Source: Ophelia neglecta
Lineage: Eukaryota
DNA: 64,000 bases
Assembly (NCBI GenBank): GCA_965285935.1
Contig: OZ260661.1
Location: forward strand, 107,756,001-107,820,000
Direction of reading: 5' to 3'
Positions 27,601-39,883 of the stretch are shown in pieces. The notes under the pieces are model-generated. The model worked only from the letters and a program-made list of their open reading frames with translations. It did not search any database and was not told where the DNA came from. Numbering within the stretch: position 1 is the first letter of the stretch; each line of letters begins with the position of its first letter. The position numbers were made by a program, and so were the translations under genes.

Positions 27601-30163
27601 AGTTTTCCGTGAATTGCTTTGCTGTTTTTACAAGAACACTTATTGACATTTTTGTGTCCATTAAATAAATTGGACTCAATTTGATACATACTAGTACATT
27701 TCATTTTGCCACATTTAATGTTCATTCTTTCATTTTGAATGTCAGGTTGTGTGTGTGTGATTTTTTTTTTTATCTGACTGATCTTTTTTAGATGAAGCCT
27801 GATAATCCAACTGGATTTTGTGTTTGAGAGATTTTATTTGACCACAGTTTGGTTTTGTTTGTTTCATTGACCAAACCCTGCTTAATTAACAACATATTTC
27901 CATCCTAGCAATCCGTGTCAAGGGGTCTGTAAATGAAATTTTGTATCCTCTCAAATGTAGAGTTAAGCTGGGGTCAGTAAGTTTGTAGCTGATGTTTTAT
28001 AAAAGTTGTTAAGTTTCATAATACACATGGTATAAGGTGATTAACTTGCCATTTTGTGAACCATGAAAGTTGAAACTATAGTTCATATCCAGATATGTTT
28101 GAAGAGATAGGATATAGTGGGGAAAAGTAAACACATCCTCACACACTCTGACACAGATTGAGTTTACAGTCGTCAGGCAGTCTCTTGTCTCACACAGCCA
28201 GACAGTGAATCCAGTGAATAGGGGATAAACTATGAAGCTAGGTGACTAACTAAAAACTAGCTATGAGTCCGAGTTTTTACACTGGCAGATAATACCAAAA
28301 TTTGTTAGATTTTAACTAAAGCACAAGTTTTCCGCTTATTTTACACAGGACACAGCTTTCCTTCAAATACATATTATCTGATAATAGTCAAAATTCTAGG
28401 GATCCATTTTAATAAACCCCTTAGCTTTTAATCCACTGATTTATTTCCAATCACAGTTTTTTCATAAGACCGTGTGCAGTGGGTAAACTGCAGTGTCAAC
28501 CTTTTATTGCCTTAGTTATACATGTGTATATATACACCTACAAGCATGGTGTTCAGTATGTAGTTGATGCTTATATTAATTCATTCACTGCTGACTTTTC
28601 TGGACGAGATCAACTGCAGTGAATGAGGTATTTAAACACGAGTGATGACCCACTAGGCCCATGCACTTAGCTGAAGCTCTTATTGATTCACATATCTGGT
28701 TTAACAGGGCCTGGGCAACAATTGTGAACTTCCTTCATGAATTGTCCTGTGTAGTTTGTGATTGCATTGGTGTACAAGAAAGCTTGTTTCGAATAAAATC
28801 TGTTGAATGTTCTATTTCAAATGATTTTATGTATGAAATAGTACAAAAGATTAAACAGACTTCTTTTAAAAAGTTATAATATGTATACATCTATATTGTA
28901 GTGTTTAAAATTGTTTTCCCTGTGTGAGATATTTAAGATAATTTGACATTAGCCTTTTTCTGTTGTATGATAACTAACATCTTCTATTTCAAGTTTTTCA
29001 TCTGTTATTTGATTAAGGTAACTAATACTGTATATCATACAAATATAAGTCAGGTGACTGGATAGGTTTAGACTTTGTTTAGTATGAATTGCTGCTTTCC
29101 ATGTGAAAATAGGTATGCTGAATTTAATATGTGCATTATTACATTGCTCCAAAATATTATTATATGTATAAGTTTCACTAAATCTATGCAGAGAATAATT
29201 AAATTTTGAGCAGTGCCATTATAGTTTTATACTGTAGCAATACTTGCCCCTTAACAAATCAATATTTTGGCTCTCTTTTCTATCTTCAAATAAAGCAATT
29301 CCCAAGTCCTAAAAACATACACGTTCAATAGTAATAAGTTATCAAAAGAAAGCACACAAATGTAAAAATTGATGAGAATTAATTATTTGCCTTGTGTAAA
29401 TGTAGGGCAACTGTGGATAAAGCTTAGAATAGATTGCCATAAAATTATGGACTATGTAATTCTGGTTGTAGTCATTTTGTAGTTATGTTTGAGTTAAGTC
29501 CCAAGAGAGGCCCTCTTTTCATAAATTTGGAAGTAAAACTACAAGAAAAATCGGTGGTGGATATTGTGAAACCAATGTCACTCTCTAAGGGTCTACAGCT
29601 GTTTTTTGTTTTTTGTGTATACAATGAGCTTATGAGTGAGAATCTCCTTTTACGTTAAACATTTTCACTAAGTTTGTCTATTGGTTTCATTTGATTGTTT
29701 TAGGAAGTGAAAGAAGTGAAGAAAATACTGCTTATGGGGATAATCTGCAAGGTAAGACACTTGAATTATTAAACAGGACACAGGTAAGTATTTTAATATA
29801 CTCATTGCGTATGATCCTTTTCATGGTAGACATCTATATGCAGATTGGAGATAATATTTATATTGGTTTTATTTTATAGACTATTACACTCCTAAATATG
29901 ATGGAGGATTGAGGCCAAGATATCCGCTAATGTATGTCGAGCCTGAGCTTTATGACACGGAGAGAGAAAACATCAAAGAAATAAGGAAACAAGATTTTCT
30001 GCGCCATCTTTTGGATAATAAGAGCAGCTCAGGCATCACCAGCCGGTTTACGCTATCGGATATTTCCCATCACCAGTCTGGAACTAATGGGACAGACACA
30101 TCCAGGTCATGTGAGAGACAGTCTCCAAACACTACCACAACTACTCTACCCAGTATTGTTTGA
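832..30163 (+). CDS. Large multi-exon ankyrin-repeat protein (inversin/ankycorbin-like N-terminal ANK array, long charged low-complexity region), ~2316 aa
   Basis: Phase-consistent GT-AG exon chain: 832-1260, 7945-8138, 15388-15604, 16333-16588, 17036-17272, 17406-17480, 17960-18155, 18269-18402, 18669-18838, 18948-22980, 23127-23182, 23770-24043, 25637-25921, [26347-26374, 27377-27411 candidate micro-exons], 29704-29751, 29880-30163 (TGA). Total 6951 nt, divisible by 3. Many ANK motifs (GRTVLHWA, GTTALIYA, GRTGLHYA, GATPLMLA, GYSALQLA, FPLHYAAQMCG, RTPLLWAASSG, GLTALHCAASRGH, GCTPLFYAVTLGH, RTPIHIAA). The 3' exons are less certain than the ANK exons. Confidence 0.9.
3555..3672. repeat. (GA)n microsatellite with internal duplication
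   Basis: Two GA tracts, each followed by TTATTAGCTGATGTTACATTTTGT. Confidence 0.95.
5107..5284. mobile_element. Tc1/mariner-pogo-type MITE (CAGTGAAACCTG family), degenerate copy
   Basis: CAGGGAAACCTG...CAGGTTTCACTG|TA; the interior is similar to the reverse complement of 8573-8750. Confidence 0.75.
6510..6733. mobile_element. Non-autonomous DNA transposon remnant with CGCGAAA subrepeats
   Basis: Repeated (T)CGCGAAAAT motifs in an otherwise CpG-poor intron, ending ...CCTGGTTTACAG|TA; the left end is degenerate. Confidence 0.6.
8573..8750. mobile_element. Tc1/mariner-pogo-type MITE (178 bp) with TA TSD
   Basis: TA|CAGTGAAACCTG ... CAGGTTTCACTG|TA; perfect 12-bp TIR. Confidence 0.85.
9757..10035. 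repeat. Tandem repeat, ~32-40-bp unit CCTGGCAAAGTCAAAGCAATACTGGGT(C)n, ~7 copies
   Basis: Repeated unit directly visible, with variable poly-C spacers. Confidence 0.9.
18948..22980 (+). CDS. Giant internal exon (4033 nt) of the ankyrin gene: last ANK repeat, E-rich then K/E-rich disordered region, helical C-proximal segment
   Basis: Stop-free frame within the ORF-track ORF 18900-23042; acceptor tttacag|GGA at 18947/8, donor CATG|gtgag at 22980/1. Confidence 0.9.
20847..21120 (+). repeat. Coding 90-bp (30-aa) tandem repeat, 3 copies, inside the giant exon
   Basis: EVPRQITAKESKGNNKETKPKVPKKTLSKE / EVPKQITEKESKGNGKETKVKSLEKTPSKK / EATKRVTTKDSKNNEKETKPKSPNKTHNKV. Confidence 0.85.
24980..25228. 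mobile_element. hAT-like MITE (249 bp)
   Basis: TIR CAGGGGTCTACACTAACT / AGTTAGTGTAAACCCCTG; flanking direct repeat CAATTT at 24974-24979 and 25229-25234; internal TTGCCCG/CGGGCAA subterminal motifs. Confidence 0.8.
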
Positions 30164-33100
30164 GTTTAAACTCAGTCAGTATTTTTATTAATAAAACCCA
30201 AGACACAGCTTTTAGTAAATAGCTGATGTTTTAATTTACTTGGAAGTGCCACAAAAATTTGTTTAATTTCGTTTTTAATTTTTGAATTTCTAATAAGTCT
30301 CTCAGTCATTACACATATTTTTATTGTACAGTGGAATATGTTGATATTCATTTAAGTATAGCTGGAACCACTAAACTGGGTTTGGTTGATCCAGAGTATA
30401 GGTACATGTATGAACACAGAGTTATACTAAAAACAGAATATAGTAAAACAGAATTATCGGTCATAAACAGCATATAAATGTCATACACAACTTTGTACCT
30501 AACTAAATATGTCATATATGTGAAGACAACTGGCTGAATTTGCACAGCAAAAAAAGGCTAGAATCAAGACTTACTCTAATTTAATGGAAATTTATTTCAT
30601 TACAATGACATACGCATTATGATACTTTGATCATTTGAGGAGAAGTGTGTAAAGAAAATTCATTGTAACAGTTAGGGATAATTAACTTTAAACCTATGTG
30701 CAATAAATTAATTTAATTAACGACTTGTTTTCTAATTATATATGCCATGGATTTTTTTTAAACTGTTGCATTTGCAATTATTTCTTCACCCCTTAATAAG
30801 CAAGGTTCTGAATTTCAGGGCATGCTGTGATCTGAAGGTTCTTTGATGTATATACAATACAATTGCCTATATACCACCATATAATTCCAATAAGGGATTA
30901 CACAGAGGGGCACTCCTGAGCAGAAAATTATTGGGCGGTTTCTTAAAAAGAAGGTAAAAATTGCATGGCAAAGAATTGATTATCGCAGAGCCACTTTCAG
31001 GCATGATGACATGGCTATGCTAGCCAGTGCACAATAGTATGAAATCATCCCGGTTTGTAACTCCAGGATAGTCACCGTTACCTATCTCCACTTTTAAGAC
31101 CTCCTGTCCTTTTAACTTGGTTTGGTCCCTGCATGTAAACTAATCATTAATGACTATTTCAGGAGTAACCCGGAGGCTCTATCCTCAGTCAGCCATGCTT
31201 GATAAGTTGTTAATGAATTTACCTGCTTAAACATTTTCCTATTAAAGTGTATACTAGTTATTTACTATAGTATTGGTGGTTTTCAAGAGGAAATGGGTTA
31301 ATGCTTTTGAAATATTAGTCACAGTGATTCTGTTCAGTCTTTTCCTTGATGTGTTTATCTTCTGATTGTTAATCCTTCATTGTTTCTCTTTTATCTTGTT
31401 TGTACAGAAAATAAAGTTGATCTCAAATATATAACTAGTACACATGCACATCCAAGGTAATGTACTGGACAATTTGAATGTAGATTCTGGTGCTTTAATT
31501 TATTAATATGTATACTTGTATCAACTTTGAAATTAACACAATGGATGTTGTGCTCAAAATGATTATCAATCTGTGATAAATAGAACCCTGCACATTTCAT
31601 GATTGTTTTTTGTTTAACATATGAAAAGTAAACTTAATCGGACAAGAAAATGTTTGGCATCTAGATATTATGTAAGTATGAACAAAATGTTTCTGTTTGT
31701 AAAAAATATTGAGCTGTATTTTGTATCAGTCACATTCATATGAAAATAAATTATTGGTAAATACACAGTCCACCTTCAGTCTTAAATTGCTATCAAGTTT
31801 GAACTAATAGGACTAATGTCAGCTCAGAAATGTTCACTGGGAATTAGTTCAACAAATTTCATGTACATCGCAAATTAATTCGTGCTAGCATTTCTGAGTT
31901 TACAGTATTGAACTATACAGACACACACAAGATGTACATTTAGTTGTAAAATAATATCTTTATTGAGTACACGAAATGGAATTGTGTATTTCTCATTATT
32001 TATCAAATCATAATATAAATCTTGGACAATTCAGTTTCATCAGTGCCCAGTATGTATTATGTTAAGTTCACCAACAAAAATGGGTGAGTTTTAATGCAAA
32101 CAGTACAGTTCCATTATGAACTCGTCACTTCACTGTGGAGACTAAATCTGGACAGGCAAAGTAACAGGGCCAGTATTATACCACAGACATGTACAGCATG
32201 TACAGACATGACCAACATCTCTGCCCAACCCAGGTATTTATTATAACAATATTATTGTATGTATATTGCCTCTAACACCTGATACACTAGGAGCTAGATC
32301 AAAGGAAAATCAATTAAACAAAAATGTGATTAAGTTAATGTAGTATTGGTACTGTTGAACACCAATTATAATAATAAACTTATTTCATATATCTATTCTT
32401 ACAATTAAATAAACATAATAATTACATTGCTTTGGTAAATAATTAACATTCTACACTAGAATCTAGGTCTTGTAACCTCTTGTACAACAAAAGCCAGCAC
32501 CAAATCAATAATATTCTCATATTTTTTATATGTGCATTAGAAAACCAAATGAAATGCTTCTTGTACAAATAAATTAGACACACATGCCTGTAGTGGTCCC
32601 TCCGGTACCACTTAACATATTGGCCATACTCAATTATATGAGTTACTTTCAGCCCTAGCTAGTCATCAGGCCTCAAAAAACCCTTTAATACATCGAAAGT
32701 ATAAAAACACATCTTAAACACTATCAGTAACAAGGTTGTAGGGTGCAATCTGCCCCCTTGTAAAGGCATAGACCATTCTGGGTATTGCATCCAGTTGTTT
32801 TTCTTAATATGAATATAATCATAAATCAGTTCTACGTCATTTTTGGTAACCCAGAAAATGAAACCAATTCAAACACTGAGAAATGATAGGAAATCTTACG
32901 TCATGATTGTGACATCATATTTATTGCGGCATGACAAAGAACATCACTTTCTAACCTCAGTGACGTAGGAGTTCCAGTCACATTTAAGGTAATTCTTAAC
33001 ATGTGTGAAAATTCAACAACTAATCAATTACAAATAATAGGTAGGAACTTTTCATCCTTAACAGAGGCATATGCCAGACATTAGGGGTCAAGAACAGAAA

Positions 33101-34536
33101 AGAAAGAATTTGTTCTTTCTTTCAATTTCAACCCCATTTTAACCTTGAAAAAGGTCAGGGTCAATTTGATAACAGTATCATAATTGCAAGATATTATTTT
33201 CAATACAGTTCATTTCTTACATTTCATAGACCCCTTATTGCACAATTTTGCAGTGAGGGTCAAAACCATGAAATTAAAAAGGCCCACGCAACTTTGAGGA
33301 CCAATTGGGACCTATTGTAGATGCCTCTAAATTCTAAATTTAAAAGGGGCGAAATAATTTGTGAGCCAAAACTGGCTTCTATATTAAAGTATTTTACAGT
33401 ACAATTTGGAAGTCTAAGTGGACCAATAAAAGTATTAAAACTGTTTATTAAACTGTATATACATGTATGTAGTTACTATGACAAGGAAGTATTATCAAAT
33501 TGTCCTTAACAGTTAGTTGGCAGTGTCCCATCATATGTTAGTTTTCACAAGAGCAATTTACACTTATACTTCGTCCAAATTGGTCAAGTACTTTGTAACT
33601 TTGTTAAATATCTAATGGCCATGGCAACACTTTTGGAAATGCCAAAATATAGGCACACACATTTTTTAAAAGTTCACTTTCCCAGTCTCTCCCTGCCTGT
33701 AAGCACATAATATTTTATAACCCCCCCCCCCCCCCCCAGGTCACTCCTAACCGCATCTTGTGTATAAATAGTATAAATACACAGTTAGTAGTTAACAGCA
33801 GGGTCTCTTGCCTGATATTTTTAACAGGGACAGGAAGTTTAATAGAATTCATACTGATTACAGCTTTTACCGAGAGAGCAACCGTACACAAATAATATTG
33901 CAATGAATCAGTGATTACAAAGTTTCTGAAAAGTATGATATAAACTCCTCAAAGATAATCCTACGAAAAATAGGCTCTGTACATTGGTCAGCTTGTCTTA
34001 ATACTCACAGCTAAGCTTAAGAGCTTTTAATATTCAGTTTTTTTGTAAATATTAAAACGCTCATAATCCCACAAAATATCCAGAAAGTGTTATAAATACT
34101 GTTCTTAAGTGCACGATGCTTCCAACTGCCCATTATATACGTCTTTATTAAAAACACCTTAAGTAACCTCACTTGTTCACTTGCTGAGTGGTGCGGAGTA
34201 ATGGACTTATCTTTCCCCTGTCGAGAACCAAATTCAGGATACTAGTTCCTGTTCAAGTTACGAACCAGGAGAAGGCAGAAGAGCACTGCAGTAAGAGGAC
34301 AAGACAAAAGAGTAGTACATATACTTCCTCCACGGTTCTCCCTTTTACAGTTGTTTTTGGAAGGCTCCAGTGTATCTAAACTACTCTTTATATACATTTC
34401 TTGGTGTACACGTGTACACATCATTGATTGGGCACACAAAGTTATCACAAATCAATGCATGACACAGTATAAATGTTGACACTTCAAGCAAGTATCATCA
34501 CTTGATCCATTATAGCAGGTACAGGATTAAGTGAAA

Positions 34537-34837
34537 CACAGAAGATATCATCAGAGCTTTCAGGCCCATATTCACAGTAGATATCATCAGGGCTTTCAGG
34601 CCCATATTCACAGTAGATATCATCAGGGCTTTCAGGGCTATATTCACAGTGCATATCATCAGGGCATTCAGGCCCATATTCTCAGTAGATATCATCAGGG
34701 CTTTCAGGCCCATATTCACAGTAGATATCATCAGGGCTTTCAGGCCTATATTCACAGTGCATATCATTAGGGCATTCAGGCCCATATTCACAGTAGATAT
34801 CATCTGGGCACTTGGACCCATATTCACAGCCGATATC
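34537..34837. repeat. 36-bp minisatellite, ~8.3 copies, in the STYX 3' region
   Basis: Unit CACAGTAGATATCATCAGGGCTTTCAGGCCCATATT starting at 34537, 34573, 34609, 34645, 34681, 34717, 34753, 34789, partial at 34825. Confidence 0.97.
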
Positions 34838-35004
34838 CCAGTAAGGAAGTGAATTCCTTCACGACTGTCCACTCCTATATTCAGCACATATCGCCCTATT
34901 GCCAGTACACCCTTGTCAGTATGATTATCCTTTGAGCACAAACAACCATATCACATATTTTGGTTTTGAGGAGAATGTGTTGTTCCTACGGCATTCAGGA
35001 TTTG

Positions 35005-38000
35005 TCATGAATATTCCATATCTTCTGATGAGGCAGAATCATCCTCATGTTTTCTTTTTAGCATAGCTGGAAGGTGCAAAGAAGGTAATCATTATAACTT
35101 GTTGTTTAACATATTTATGAATGACACACACCTGTTGATATAAAGATTGTCTGGATTGTTATTACAAGAGAAATAAATGAGAGAGGACTAACATTTGAGA
35201 TAAGGGTAAAACCTACAGCCTAGAATTGCAAAATTAAAGGATACAAATAATTCCAATTACAAAGCTTCTAACATAGAGTGTAGAGTGAACATGGAGATTA
35301 AGGCCTAACAGTAAATGCAAATCAACTTAATGGTGTGATTTTATATAAGAACGCACCTTTTTCCACAGAAGGCTGTCCTTTCTCAAGTGTAAGGCGGGCT
35401 CTGTAAATTGGCTCGTACTCTGTCAGCTGCTGGGCAAACCCTTCATTGGGATTTATGCAAAATCTCCTGTTCTGAACATAATGAAGGGCATCTCTGAAAT
35501 GAAAGACCATCATTTGTTAAATGATGCACCTTTAACACTTGGTTACTTTGTTCAATGAGTTCCAGCCCTTTATTTTATTTTCCGTGCTTTTAAATGTTGT
35601 CAGTCATGTTAGCAGCAATATTTTTTTCACAAATTGGAGTATCAAAAAGCATATAGCACGCTCTTATTTCATGATTGTTTTCAAAAAGAAGAATGCATGT
35701 TTTTAATTTCATTTGGTTAATTTTTCATAAAAATAAGAGCTCCCCTACTCATGTAATTAAGTTTGGCAACACTTGTACTTTAGCATGCTGTGATTTCTGC
35801 AAAAAAAACCCTTTTTCTGTTCGGATCTCTGAGGAAAAATCTATGTTAAGTTCCAGTGTTTCTGAGTTAATGGCATTTTCAGAGGTAGAGCGTTGGCATA
35901 GAAAACACCGAAAAACATTCCTCCACATTTTGGGTGGGAGACATATTTTTTATGGGATTCAATTTAAGAAATAATACATTTACTAAACCAGTACATTTGA
36001 AAATCATAGACAGGAAACTGAATAAATGGCCTTACTTGTAGGTTAAACCAAATTTCTCCATCACATAAGCAATCATTAAGGCAGCACTGGAATAAAAACA
36101 CCATACAAATCATTTAACACCTAATCATCCACCATACATAAATTAATATTGGCACACTTAAACTTGATTTGATTTCAGGGCTAAATGTATTCAATTAAAA
36201 AATTACTTGGGAATGGAACCCTTCTTTTTGTACCAATCAATTAACCCTTTCAGCATCAATTGTTATTCTCTTTTCAAATATTTCAGTGCAAAATGTTTAT
36301 ATAATCATTTTGTCATTGCACACACTACTTATATTGGTTAATGTTAAAACCTTCATTGGGTCATTGTTAGCTAGAGTGGGCAGCATACACAAGAACCAGA
36401 GATGACTGTAGTTGAAATTTCATTGTCACTCGCTGCATGCTTACACTTCTAAGTGTACATTATATAGCTTAAATAGCGTTGCCTATGACTCCATAGCATT
36501 AGGTTGAATTATGTAGCCAACGGTATTGAAAGGGTTAATAGCATTTTCTAAAAAAGAAAAGTTAGAGTGGGCCTCAGACAAATAATTTTTTTTTGCAAAT
36601 TTGCACTGTATTCTGGGTAATACCTCCTAGATATTCCAGCATTCCCATGAATGAGGACCCTGCCTTCTGTGCTTAATGTGTCATCGATGAACTGACGAAC
36701 CTGGAAATCAAATAAATCAGGCACTACAGCATATAGCCATTGGCATACAGAAGAAATACAGTATACTTGAACATATAGCTAAATACTCTGAACAGGTTGG
36801 AGAATATAAATTAATCTCTAATAAATCAGGCACCATACCTTAGGAAAGTGAGTAATGATATTTTCTGTGACATTGTCAGCAATATCCAGCACCAGATACC
36901 TTTGAACAGATGTTTTTAAAATCAAATCAATAAAATGATTACAGATAGTTCATTAGATCTCCGACAAAGTCTTTGAGGAGATGAACAGCTGCATTTTTAC
37001 TATACCAATAGGTAACTTTAGAAGTCCTTCTTTTATAAATTATATTACAATCAATACAGAAATTTCCTCGATTATCTCCAACTCCCATTTTAACATCGTA
37101 CAGAGGCAGTTTACTAATGAAATTGTTTAACACATCAAAACCAGTATGAAGAAAAGAGTTAAGGGCTAGTCCATTTACTTTTAGGTGGGGGAATGATACT
37201 GTATTCATACTATGGGGGGAGAGGGAGGGGCCTGAATTATGAATTTAGAGCTTCCTTCTAGCACTTAATTATCAGACATAATTTTCCATCCAATCAAAAG
37301 TCTAGGGGTGTCAGTTTGATCTTGGGGCTCTATTTGAACTCCAATATTATGTGAAAATATTGCAGATCTATGCATGTGCTCTAGATGTAGTATCTCCTTT
37401 GCTCTAATTGATATTTTTTCCTCTGTTCTCAAACTATATAGCACATTATGTTGTTAATTCAGTACTAGAAATTTGAATTCGGGAATCATTGTTCCGTATA
37501 AAGTTTGGAATTTGGGAACAGGGGCTGGCATAAATTTGGAAAATTCAGGGAACCTGGCAGTGTCAACAAATTGAGAATTTAGGGTGATAGGTAGGGGCAG
37601 GAGGGAGGGGAAGGTCAGCCAATTCACCCTTCCCCACTGCCCCACCTTGTTTTAATTGGATCAGCTCTCAGTTCTTTGCCTTAATATACATATTATAAAA
37701 TACAAAAAATGTATTCAATACATTCAGATTATGACTGAATTGAAATGATATTTAAGTGCACTGCCAATAACTATTAGATCACTTGTGAATACTCACTTGA
37801 AATCCTCAAGGAAGTTGGGTTTTATGAAATTGGCTTCGACTTGGTGTCTTATACAAATGATATGTGTTATACCATGCTTTTTCAAATTCTCCAGCTGGAA
37901 AATGATAAGAGGTCAAATAAAGTCTAGCTTTTTAAACATACCAAGGAATGGGGTCAATATAATATAATTTATGATAATTTTGGAAATTACATTTAAAATA

Positions 38001-39883
38001 CTATGCATTTAGTTGTTTGGTAAAACGTAATGTAAATATTTACCTTTGCTTTGTTTGCAGCTGCATATGGTCCTAGGAATACTCCTGGAATCACCTCCTG
38101 AATAATTTAATTTATGCATTTATTATTTACAAACCCAATATTTTTTTCTTAGAATATATAGGAATGTCTAACTTCCAATAAGGGAGTCACATGCACATCT
38201 AACTCAATACCAAGAGGAAATTATTAAGATCTATACCCACTTGCATTTCTCTGCGCATTGCATAGGCCCAATCCTGAAATAAACAAGATATGATAAAACA
38301 AATCCATCATGCTCACAGGGAACAAGTTCTGGCAGGAACGCATTTTGTATTTAAAACTCTGTACTGTACAGTACAGAGTTTGCCCAGGAATTTAAGCAAA
38401 TATAGGCAGAATTTTGTGGAATTAAACATGTAGCAGACAATTGATTTGCTAGGATAAGTTTAATTCAATTTACCTCTCTTCAATACCAAGAAACAAGCTT
38501 TTATAAATGAAGAAATGTGAAACCTAGAATGCTTTAGTCTATCATAATTTAGTCAGCCCTGAATTCACATCTACGGGTACTAGTAATCAAGAATTTTTTA
38601 TCAGACATTGAATATACAAGTAATATATAAATTTAAAGGCTTCTCAGGATCACACCCATTCTGTACACGCATGATTTGTATATATATTTGATTCTGAAAA
38701 TAAAAATCTTAGCTTTACCTTAATTTTTCGTCATAGATAAAACTGTTGGAAATGCATCGGGAGCCTTCAATTTAATGAAACGTGGAAAACAAAAACAGTT
38801 CTTTTTATAACTGTGTCAGATTATTAGGTCTAGTTAGACTAATCATACTTTAGATTTTTAGTTCAATCTACTCATTCTTTTTTTTTTTGACATAGTGGAG
38901 ATTATTTCCATTATAAGAATATAATTATATGTAGATTGCCCTTATAAATAGTATTAAACTGATAATAAATGCTACTTGATACTTTGACATGGGCGAGTTT
39001 AAGCCTTAATATCACACCTAGGCGACTTGCTAATACCGATGGGCGGGAATCGCTAGTACTAAACAACGAAACCGGGCGAAACCGAGCGAAACCGAGCATA
39101 AATATATAGAAGTGGGTGCCGAGGAGGGGTTATTTGGTTGTTTTAAAGCTACAGATATACTTCAAATTAAATATCTGTCATTTTATCATTGTTTTTTTGC
39201 TAAATTATACGATTGTTGTCTCCCGTCGATCTTGTTTACATTGCAAGGAGGAAGTAATCAACTGTATAGAGTTGCGCATGCCTGAACTAATTCGGATGCC
39301 ACAGTTTAGTCACAGTAGGGGGCAGCGCTCGTATCTCGATGGTAGATGTTACGAAAATGTCCAAAATATGGATAAAATCGACAAAATAAGAATCCAAAAT
39401 GATAAGGAGGGAAATTTATATTAGTGCGTTATACAAACGACTTGTTATATGCCCCAAATATAACTTGCTTTGGGTTGGTTTTCAGTCGCATGCCCCGTGG
39501 ATACCCCAATGGCTGACATGACAACACGATCGACGGGAGACAACAATCGTATAATTTAGCAAAAAAACAATGATAAAATGACGGATATTTAATTTGAAGT
39601 ATATCTGTAGCTTTAAAACAACCAAATAACCCCTCCTCGGCACCCACTTCTATATATTTATGCTCGGTTTCGCTCGGTTTCGCTGGGTTTCGCTCGGTTT
39701 CGCCCGGTTTCGTTGTTTAGTACAACCCGGCGAGACGGCTAATCGGCGAGATACTGTCTAGGCGAGTTGGCCTGTACTCATACTTACAGTTCCCATGTCA
39801 CTCTTGTTAGGTATTGAGGGAAATCGGATGGGATCCATAGTTCGAAAGTCACGTTCATCATAATCATAATCATCATTTAACAT
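35005..39883 (-). CDS. STYX: Serine/threonine/tyrosine-interacting protein (catalytically dead dual-specificity phosphatase), 222 aa
   Basis: Exons (minus): 39883-39788, 38273-38241, 38097-38044, 37894-37797, 36899-36839, 36700-36624, 36086-36036, 35493-35357, 35066-35005 = 669 nt, all GT-AG. Translation ...FPSIP..DWAYAMRREMQEVIPGVFLGPY..HGITHIICIRHQVEANFIKPNF..YLVLDIADNVTENII..VLIHGNAGISRSAALMIAYVME..YVQNRRFCINPNEGF..LKRKHEDD closely follows vertebrate STYX, including HG(x5)R in place of HC(x5)R. Confidence 0.97.
36245..36534. mobile_element. piggyBac-like MITE with TTAA TSD
   Basis: TTAA|CCCTTTCA ... TGAAAGGG|TTAA; interior motifs resemble a degenerate copy at ~4645-5045 that ends in AAAGGG|TTAA. 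Confidence 0.7.
39052..39727. mobile_element. Long-TIR (foldback/Mutator-like) non-autonomous element in STYX intron 1
   Basis: ~175-bp near-perfect inverted arms (39056-39231 vs 39528-39723) with 10-bp CGAAACCGAG subrepeats (3 on the left, 5 on the right); no clear TSD found. Confidence 0.9.

Noticed and set aside
34537-34837. 36-bp repeat array resembling a CRISPR by unit length
   Set aside because: Units are contiguous with no unique spacers, there are no cas genes, and the context is eukaryotic
34950-35007. Stop-codon readthrough of STYX (TGA-C context)
   Set aside because: Context TGA CAA ATC is weak and would add only ~16 residues; no supporting evidence
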